From a virus (taxonomy: Duplodnaviria; Caudoviricetes): a DNA stretch of 55,779 nucleotides. How positions within the stretch are numbered: position 1 is the stretch's first letter; every line of letters starts with the position of its first letter. The stretch lies in the IMG/VR virus record IMGVR_UViG_3300000162_000007, positions 1 through 55,779 of that record; one strand, 5' to 3'. Made by a program: the position numbers and the translations under genes. Positions 9,143 to 14,721 of this stretch are shown one piece after another. The notes beneath the pieces are model-generated. The model did not search any database and had not been told where the DNA came from. It worked only from the letters and a program-made list of their open reading frames with translations.

Positions 9143-9147
9143 TTTTG

Positions 9148-9221
9148 TATTCCGGACGGGCCACGATCCCGCAATCTCCACTGTGAAAGAGTGACGACTT
9201 AACCAATTTGTCCACCGGAAC
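9148..9221 (-). tRNA. tRNA-Glu(TTC), atypical T-loop
   Basis: GTTCCGG/CCGGAAT; TCACT-CTTTCAC-AGTGG; T-loop ATCGTGG. Confidence 0.88.
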
Positions 9222-9222
9222 A

Positions 9223-9314
9223 TGTAAGGAAAGTAGAAGATGGGTGCGTGGACGACTACTTTTATGATTGGCGTTACTATCCGATGTTTATGTTTTTTCC
9301 CAATCAACCTTATA
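9223..9314 (-). ncRNA. Unknown three-stem structured RNA
   Basis: TAAGG/CCTTA closing stem; TGATTGG/CCAATCA and AAAGTAG/CTACTTT inner stems; begins just after a promoter. Confidence 0.55.
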
Positions 9315-9317
9315 TGT

Positions 9318-9349
9318 TAAATATACAAAAATTTTCCTTATATACCAAA
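9318..9349 (-). promoter_or_regulatory. Internal sigma70-type promoter splitting the tRNA array into two blocks
   Basis: TTTG-N20-TATATTTA, same geometry as the other promoters in the window. Confidence 0.6.
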
Positions 9350-9406
9350 AATTATCCTCAAAAAAATTTTCGGACTTTTGATAAAATCGAAAAAAAGTAC
9401 ATTTTG

Positions 9407-9481
9407 TACCGGTAATAGGATTCGAACCTATAATTGTATGGCTTCTAAGACCACTGCGTATGCCAATTCCGCCATACCGGT
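9407..9481 (-). tRNA. tRNA-Leu(TAG) lacking the long variable arm
   Basis: ACCGGTA/TACCGGT + A; GTGGT-CTTAGAA-GCCAT; 5-nt variable loop. Confidence 0.88.
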
Positions 9482-9488
9482 ATTTATG

Positions 9489-9573
9489 CGGAAAGTGTGA
9501 GATTCGAACTCACGGACCTTTAACAGTCGGCAGTTTAGTAAACTGCTGGTTTAAACCACTCACCCAACTTTCC
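9489..9573 (-). tRNA. tRNA-Ser(ACT), unusual A34 anticodon
   Basis: GGAAAGT/ACTTTCC + G73; long variable arm; GCAGT-TTACTAA-ACTGC. Confidence 0.9.
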
Positions 9574-9579
9574 TATTTG

Positions 9580-9651
9580 GGTCAAAGGACGGTATCGAAC
9601 CGACTTATCCGGCTCCACAAACCGGCGCATCACCTTAATGCTTCTAAGACC
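9580..9651 (-). tRNA. tRNA-His(GTG)
   Basis: Encoded G-1 opposite C73; CCGGT-TTGTGGA-GCCGG. Confidence 0.9.
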
Positions 9652-9710
9652 ATATGTGGAATCGAACCACTTTCCCAACTCTTACGTTAGGCGATACTCC
9701 TTTATCCTTT
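9652..9710 (-). pseudogene. tRNA remnant lacking an acceptor stem
   Basis: GATA-AAGGAG-TATC, CCTAAC-GTAAGA-GTTGGG and GTGG-TTCGATT-CCAC arms occur in tRNA order, but no 7-bp acceptor pairing is present. Confidence 0.5.
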
Positions 9711-9714
9711 ATCG

Positions 9715-9785
9715 AGGTGTGTATTGGATTCGAACCAATGTTAGAGGTTTTGCAGACCTCCACCTAGCCACTCGGACAACTCACC
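9715..9785 (-). tRNA. tRNA-Cys(GCA)
   Basis: GAGGT-CTGCAAA-ACCTC; U73. Confidence 0.93.
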
Positions 9786-9791
9786 TTATTG

Positions 9792-9864
9792 TAGTTTCAG
9801 TAGGACTCGAACCTACACTCTAACATTCGTAGTGTTATGTGATAATCCATTTCACTATGAAACT
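9792..9864 (-). tRNA. tRNA-Arg(ACG)
   Basis: AGTTTCA/TGAAACT; TAACA-CTACGAA-TGTTA. Confidence 0.93.
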
Positions 9865-9869
9865 ATTTG

Positions 9870-9938
9870 CACGCAGTGAAGGAATCGAACCCTCTCGTAA
9901 AGATTTGGAGTCTTTTTAGCTGCCATAGCCTACCACGC
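9870..9938 (-). tRNA. tRNA-Trp(CCA), compact D arm
   Basis: AAAGA-CTCCAAA-TCTTT; G73; wobble-rich acceptor, 5' end approximate. Confidence 0.8.
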
Positions 9939-9943
9939 ATTTG

Positions 9944-10017
9944 TTGGAATAAAAAGAATCGAACTTTTAACCTTTCGCGTATCAGGCGAATGCTCTAACC
10001 AATTGAGCTATATTCCA
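9944..10017 (-). tRNA. tRNA-Ile(GAT)
   Basis: TGGAATA/TATTCCA; TTCGC-CTGATAC-GCGAA. Confidence 0.93.
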
Positions 10018-10023
10018 ATGTTG

Positions 10024-10100
10024 TAGAGTGAACAGGATTCGAACCTGTGAGTTCTCTTGCTCCCAAAGCAAGCGGGGTAACCGGACTCCCCAACCACTCT
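10024..10100 (-). tRNA. tRNA-Pro(TGG)
   Basis: CTTGC-TTTGGGA-GCAAG; TTCGAAT T-loop. Confidence 0.9.
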
Positions 10101-10106
10101 ATTTTG

Positions 10107-10178
10107 TTATCGGACCTGGATTTGAACCAAAACTAATAGAATCAAAATCTATTGTGCTGCCAATTACACCATCCGACA
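10107..10178 (-). tRNA. tRNA-Gln(TTG)
   Basis: U1:A72; ATAGA-TTTTGAT-TCTAT. Confidence 0.9.
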
Positions 10179-10183
10179 ATTTG

Positions 10184-10256
10184 AGCAGATGAGAGGAATC
10201 GAACCTCCGTCTCCTACTTGGAAGAAAGGAGTAATGAGCCATTATACGACATCTGC
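10184..10256 (-). tRNA. tRNA-Gly(TCC)
   Basis: GCAGATG/CATCTGC + U73; loop CTTCCAA; one U-U mismatch in the anticodon stem. Confidence 0.88.
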
Positions 10257-10267
10257 TTTTATGTTTG

Positions 10268-10339
10268 CGCTTTCGGATGGATTTGAACCAACGACCAATT
10301 GATTAACAGTCAACTGCGCTACCACTGCGCTACGAAAGC
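10268..10339 (-). tRNA. tRNA-Asn(GTT)
   Basis: GCTTTCG/CGAAAGC + G; GTTGA-CTGTTAA-TCAAT. Confidence 0.93.
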
Positions 10340-10342
10340 TTT

Positions 10343-10427
10343 TGGTGAGAGTAGATGGACTCGAACCACCGAACTCGAAAGAGAGCTGATTTACAGTCAG
10401 CCGCAATTGCCACTATGCGATACTCCC
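10343..10427 (-). tRNA. tRNA-Tyr(GTA), CCA encoded
   Basis: GGGAGTA/TACTCTC + ACCA; GCTGA-CTGTAAA-TCAGC; long variable arm. Confidence 0.95.
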
Positions 10428-10465
10428 AAAAACAAAAAACCCCAACTAATTAAAGTCAGGGTTTT
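10428..10465 (-). terminator. Intrinsic terminator (attenuator 3:4 hairpin) immediately before the first tRNA of the array
   Basis: AAAACCCTGAC-TTTAATTA-GTTGGGGTTTT followed by TTGTTTTT. Confidence 0.85.
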
Positions 10466-10496
10466 CTAAAATTCTTAATATAAATCTAGCCTAACT

Positions 10497-10565
10497 TTAC
10501 ATATCTCTGCCATACCAAATCTGATTCGGTGTGCTACAAAGTGTATGTAATGTTAATGCTTTCAT
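10497..10565 (-). CDS. Leader peptide MKALTLHTLCSTPNQIWYGRDM
   Basis: ATG AAA GCA TTA ACA TTA CAT ACA CTT TGT AGC ACA CCG AAT CAG ATT TGG TAT GGC AGA GAT ATG TAA; too short for the ORF track; TATTTATA motif 4 nt upstream. Confidence 0.8.
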   Translation of the reverse strand: MKALTLHTLCSTPNQIWYGRDM

Positions 10566-10665
10566 TTGTTATAAATATAATCGAATTAAAAAAGTAATCA
10601 ATCTTCAAAATACGCCACGTCAAGTCATGCTCCGGTTAATACAAGCCTCGATAAATTACTTTCTG

Positions 10666-10706
10666 CTATCATTATTGGAATCGAACCAACATTAACCATT
10701 ATGATA
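10666..10706 (-). ncRNA. tRNA minihelix-like element (acceptor plus T arm only)
   Basis: TATCAT/ATGATA + G-CA; GTTGG-TTCGATT-CCAAT; about 9 nt replaces the D and anticodon arms. Confidence 0.5.
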
Positions 10707-10715
10707 AAATAAAAT

Positions 10716-11575
10716 AGGGATGAGAATACTCCATATTGTGAACCAGCTTTAGAAAGATTATTAGTTCCTTCCGTTTCCACACCCTTTTGAGATGTACCAA
10801 TTCAATGTGGGTTAATTGAGTCAACCAATCTTAAAGTTATAAACTACTCTCTTTTTACTACGCTTCCTTAAACCTATCGGCCTAACTAGTCCTTGCGGGA
10901 TTAGAAGTTTTTCGAAAGAATCACAGACTTCTTGCGGAAGTATCGTGGCTGAGAACGGCTCTCAACTATGTACACACCTTTCGTTTACAACTGGCAAACA
11001 CTTAAGCTTTAAATTTAATTTATGGTTTGCACCGAAAGCAAATTATAAGTTTAGTTTGTAGAATTATTCAAGTAGTGGTTTGCCACCAGCTCCGTTATCT
11101 TTTGAACAACAGAATACTATACTACTCGATGTGATATCCCTACCACGTTATTTTGAGTCATCTTCGAATATAGGTTTTGGTAAACTCTATATAAGGATCG
11201 TAACAGCACCACCTGTACACAGTCTTATCTTACGTCCTTTCGGATAGCTTGATGTTAAGACCACTCTTATAATGAATACCGCAATAATGTAAAGGGATTA
11301 AGTTTACACTTCTTACTGATATTCTATGGGTTATTCTTATTGGTGTCCCCACCTCAACCAAAGTATCTACAATACCCCAGTTACTCAAACTCTTCGATGA
11401 TAGTGTTACCCCCACCTACAAAGCCCAAATAATATCCCACTTGCCTACTCAAGCTAATCTCTCCTTACGGGGAGAGTAGCCGCAAATGTACCACTTAAGT
11501 ACACTCACTTTATCCTACTTTCGTAGTTTATTTAACCACCATAGGCGGCGGTTATCTATTATGTAACACAAGGTT
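10716..11575 (-). ncRNA. Giant structured ncRNA, GOLLD-like
   Basis: About 860 nt with no credible ORF and higher GC than the flanks. Many capped hairpins (CTAC-GAAA-GTAG, TCC-GAAA-GGA, ACTTC-CGCAA-GAAGT, TCC-CGCAA-GGA, CTCTCC-CCGTAA-GGAGAG) and repeated GAGTAG segments. Lies in a phage tRNA cluster. Family assignment rests on size, context and recalled motifs; ends approximate. Confidence 0.75.
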
Positions 11576-11630
11576 ACTAGATAGAATATTTTTAATAATG
11601 TTAAAGAACTACTTCGTTGTTATATATATG

Positions 11631-11662
11631 TAAATATAAATTAAAAAATCAAATTTACCAAA
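11631..11662 (-). promoter_or_regulatory. sigma70-type promoter upstream of the giant RNA
   Basis: TTTG-N20-TATATTTA. Confidence 0.55.
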
Positions 11663-11735
11663 TATTTTTACAACTTTTTTTCTAAGATTAGATACCGAGT
11701 ATCTTTCATTGCCTATAAGTTCCAATCTTATATAT

Positions 11736-11767
11736 CAAAGATACGATAAGTTTTTCAAACTACCAAA
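11736..11767 (-). promoter_or_regulatory. Consensus Bacteroidota sigma70 promoter
   Basis: TTTG-N20-TATCTTTG. Confidence 0.8.
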
Positions 11768-11867
11768 TATCTTTGAGTATTTTTTTATTAGGGTATCCGG
11801 CTTTCTTCCCAGTCGAACTGGTCACTCAATCGGTTTTATTAGTTGATGGCTTCAACCCTAACATTTG

Positions 11868-11939
11868 TTGCGGAAGGAGGGATCGAACCTCCGACCTACG
11901 GGTTATGAGCCCGCCGAGCTACCTCTGCTCTATTCCGCG
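11868..11939 (-). tRNA. Initiator tRNA-fMet(CAT)
   Basis: C1:A72 mismatch; GGG/CCC in the anticodon stem; CTCATAA loop. Confidence 0.93.
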
Positions 11940-11945
11940 ATATTG

Positions 11946-12323
11946 TGGAGATGACGAGACTCGAACTCGTGTCTTACAAAGAACTAATAATACCAGCATA
12001 TCACACGTTTAGGTTAAAGTTTAATCTTATAAACTTTCCAAAATAATTGAGGTCGTATGGTTAGTACAACTTTCCACCAATATATTGTTTAGGTACAACA
12101 TATAAAACCTTTGTAGGCACTTCTGTTACTAGGCGTATGTGCACCGGCCCTATTGTTGCTAACTAAGCTATCGCCAAATCAGCACCTACGAAGTCCATAA
12201 GGTCTGCGAAGGTCATTGTTGACATTTCGTCGTTTATTGTTTTGTGCAGATTTAAGGAGAACTAGCACTTCTCTCCACGTGTGGTACTACCATTTACATT
12301 GTAATCAATTCCATAGCATCCCC
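11946..12323 (-). ncRNA. ssrA: tmRNA
   Basis: 5' GGGGATG pairs with 3' CATCTCC-A with G3:U70; T arm ACGAG-TTCGAGT-CTCGT; ATAAAC-GAC resume context; tag ORF 12163-12231 DEMSTMTFADLMDFVGADLAIA*. Confidence 0.93.
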
Positions 12324-12349
12324 ATTATTTCAATGAACTCTTTCTTAGT

Positions 12350-12381
12350 CAAAGATACAACAATTATTTCAATCTACCAAA
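12350..12381 (-). promoter_or_regulatory. Consensus Bacteroidota sigma70 promoter for tmRNA
   Basis: TTTG-N20-TATCTTTG. Confidence 0.8.
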
Positions 12382-12397
12382 TATTTTGGGAAGTTTT

Positions 12398-12428
12398 TTA
12401 TAACTTGTTGATTATCAATGAGTTATAT
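12398..12428. repeat. Imperfect palindrome
   Basis: TATAACTTGTTGA-TTA-TCAATGAGTTATA at the boundary between protein genes and the RNA island; no U-tract. Confidence 0.5.
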
Positions 12429-12429
12429 A

Positions 12430-12822
12430 TTACTTAGATTTAACCATTAAGGTCTTACTTATTTGCTCCAACTCATGTTCAAACCTACATTTATCTATTC
12501 TAATAGTGTTAGAGTCTTTCCATCTTGGATCTAAGAAAACATTTTTTGGATAATTACCAACAATTTTATCAGTAGCAGGATAATATTTTATATCATTCAT
12601 TATGTCACTAACTGAGTATTTGTATAATCCTGATTCTTGTTGTTTTCTCAAATTGCGTTCTAATATTCTTAGAACTTCTTTTTGTTTTTTTACATCTTTT
12701 AGACCATGTTTATCATCATACCAAACCAATTTTACCATAGGTGGTACTGCTCCAGGTGCAAAAGCTGCTTCTTTTATATTTTTGTTCTTTACTTCCTTTA
12801 GGAGTGCTCTTAAACTTATCAT
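12430..12822 (-). CDS. Hypothetical protein with an MISLRALLKE N-terminus
   Basis: Likely start at 12822 next to a TATTTATA motif. Confidence 0.7.
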   Translation of the reverse strand: MISLRALLKEVKNKNIKEAAFAPGAVPPMVKLVWYDDKHGLKDVKKQKEVLRILERNLRKQQESGLYKYSVSDIMNDIKYYPATDKIVGNYPKNVFLDPRWKDSNTIRIDKCRFEHELEQISKTLMVKSK

Positions 12823-12838
12823 ATAAATAAATATATAA

Positions 12839-13966
12839 TTAGTATCTTTTGAAACCAATTGTAGGTCTATCTTCTTCTGATTTGTCTTGCTGATTATCTA
12901 TGTTATAAATCTCAGCTAATGTCAATCCTTCCGTTGTTTCTGTCTTTTTGTCCAACTTATTGAGTAAAGTTTTGGTATCTTCTAATGATAACTTACCAAA
13001 CTTATGTTCTGCAATCAATCTTCCCTTTCTTAATAATGCACTATCAATCTTTTCTTTATCCATATTGAAAGTAGCAATTACATGTATGTTTAAGATGTCA
13101 CCTAAAATACCATCACTTAAATTCAATAGATTAGAAACCCCAACTGAACTACCACTATTATTTCTGTCTCCAATTACTTTCTCTGCATCCTCAATAATTA
13201 AAACACAATCTTTGTTCTCCATTAAGAAAGGAATAAAATCTGGATTCACAATACTCTCTGCCATAATCGGTGGTAAGAATAGAACTTTCTTTCCTAATTC
13301 ATGTGCTAAGTATTTCAAATAAGTTGTCTTTCCTGTTCCTGGTAATCCGTGCAGTAGAACTAACTTTGCATTATTATCATTGTTACCTCTAATAGTATCA
13401 ACAATATTCTTATGTAACTTACTAAAACCAGTTCCATAATTTAATTCCAAATCAATCGTTGGTCTTGTTAAATCAAATGCTTCAGTTTCAAATCCGTATG
13501 ATGTTGCTTTCAATAAATGGATTTGTCCTTTTAAATCTTTTTGTGTAAATGAAGGAAGTTCAGGTAATGCTTTGAATATATCCTCAACCGGTGAAGTAGT
13601 TTGAATCCAACCTTTAAGTGGAGCAACTTTCATCTTTGCTATTTGTTCATCGTTTGGTTCTTCACCTGGATAATTAGCTTCATCTGCTCTATTAGAGAAT
13701 CCTACGATTGCTCTATCTTCACCCATCTCTAATTCATAAATTTCAGTAAGTGAAAATGATTCGGGTTCATAGTAATGTCTTTTTTCCCAAATACATTTCA
13801 ATCCATTCTCTTTTAAGTAATCAATAACTTTTGTATCAAATACTACCCCACTACCATAATAAATTGCATTAACAGTCTTTCCTGTTTTTTCTGAAAGATA
13901 TTTCTCAACTGGAAATTCTCCACCATGTCCTGGACTATACACATTATACTTTGCTTCTTGTAACAT
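12839..13966 (-). CDS. AAA+ ATPase
   Basis: Walker A GLPGTGKT, Walker B LIIEDAE, SRH-like DSALLRKGRL. Confidence 0.92.
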   Translation of the reverse strand: MLQEAKYNVYSPGHGGEFPVEKYLSEKTGKTVNAIYYGSGVVFDTKVIDYLKENGLKCIWEKRHYYEPESFSLTEIYELEMGEDRAIVGFSNRADEANYPGEEPNDEQIAKMKVAPLKGWIQTTSPVEDIFKALPELPSFTQKDLKGQIHLLKATSYGFETEAFDLTRPTIDLELNYGTGFSKLHKNIVDTIRGNNDNNAKLVLLHGLPGTGKTTYLKYLAHELGKKVLFLPPIMAESIVNPDFIPFLMENKDCVLIIEDAEKVIGDRNNSGSSVGVSNLLNLSDGILGDILNIHVIATFNMDKEKIDSALLRKGRLIAEHKFGKLSLEDTKTLLNKLDKKTETTEGLTLAEIYNIDNQQDKSEEDRPTIGFKRY

Positions 13967-13968
13967 AT

Positions 13969-14721
13969 TTAGATTTTATTGTTTAATAATTTTGCTATTT
14001 CTTTGTGACCTTTAGGTGATGGATGTCCTCTTTCTTCAAACATACTATCATCTTTAAATCCTTTTAAATATTTTGTTAAATTGATATCCTTAAAACTTTG
14101 TGGAATTTGTTTCCATAAATCTACCAACCCAAAGTAATCTTCCGTATCATCAAATTGTTTAGCTACTTTTTCAGTATTGATATCTTTATTTAGTGTAAAA
14201 ATTTCATCTTCATCGTAATCGAAGAATGCATTTATACAAAGATAAGGTATTTTATTTGCTTCACAAAATGTTTTAAGGGAAATTATTTGCTGAAAAACCC
14301 TTAATAATGAAGGAGTTAGATTAGTTTGATGAATAACATACTTACTATCTGTTAAATGATGTTCATCAATTTTACCCCACTTATCCTTATGTGTCCATAA
14401 TCTTTCGTTTACGAATACATCACCATCGAAATAATCAAAACGGGTAGGTGCTGTAAATGAAAGTAATACAAACATCTCATCTACTTTAACATATCCTAAT
14501 TCTTCGTTATATATTGGTTCACCATTTACAAATTTACACAAATCTCTTAAAGTGTTTCTATAAATTCTATCATTGGATATACCACTACTAGCTACATTGA
14601 AATCTACCAATCCTTTTTCTTTGGCTAATAATGTAGAGAAACGATTAGTTCTGTCCTTTAATTCTGAACCCCAACTAACTGAATCCCCATTTGTATATAA
14701 TACTTTTAATTTTTTTTCCAT
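13969..14721 (-). CDS. SGNH-like phage protein
   Basis: NGDSVSWG, NVASSGISNDRI and GHPSPKGH motifs. Confidence 0.65.
   Translation of the reverse strand: MEKKLKVLYTNGDSVSWGSELKDRTNRFSTLLAKEKGLVDFNVASSGISNDRIYRNTLRDLCKFVNGEPIYNEELGYVKVDEMFVLLSFTAPTRFDYFDGDVFVNERLWTHKDKWGKIDEHHLTDSKYVIHQTNLTPSLLRVFQQIISLKTFCEANKIPYLCINAFFDYDEDEIFTLNKDINTEKVAKQFDDTEDYFGLVDLWKQIPQSFKDINLTKYLKGFKDDSMFEERGHPSPKGHKEIAKLLNNKI

Larger units (their letters stand above)
10428..10577 (-). promoter_or_regulatory. Ribosome-dependent transcription attenuator controlling the tRNA array
   Basis: Mutually exclusive pairings: 10544-10556 with 10491-10503 (protector), 10490-10499 with 10451-10460 (antiterminator), 10455-10465 with 10436-10446 (terminator). 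Confidence 0.8.

Noticed and set aside
10428-10465. Terminator read simply as the end of the giant RNA transcript
   Set aside because: It abuts tRNA-Tyr with no room for a promoter, so the 12 tRNAs of the first block need read-through, and a matching antiterminator exists.
10600-10660. Twister ribozyme on the plus strand (CCGGT...CAAGC)
   Set aside because: Required pairings could not be built, and it is antisense to local transcription.
11230-11415. 61-aa minus-strand ORF inside the giant RNA
   Set aside because: GTG start, no protein-like features, and it lies within a hairpin-dense RNA.
11683-11730. Hammerhead ribozyme (GAAA followed by a stem and UA)
   Set aside because: The CUGANGA core and stem II are missing.
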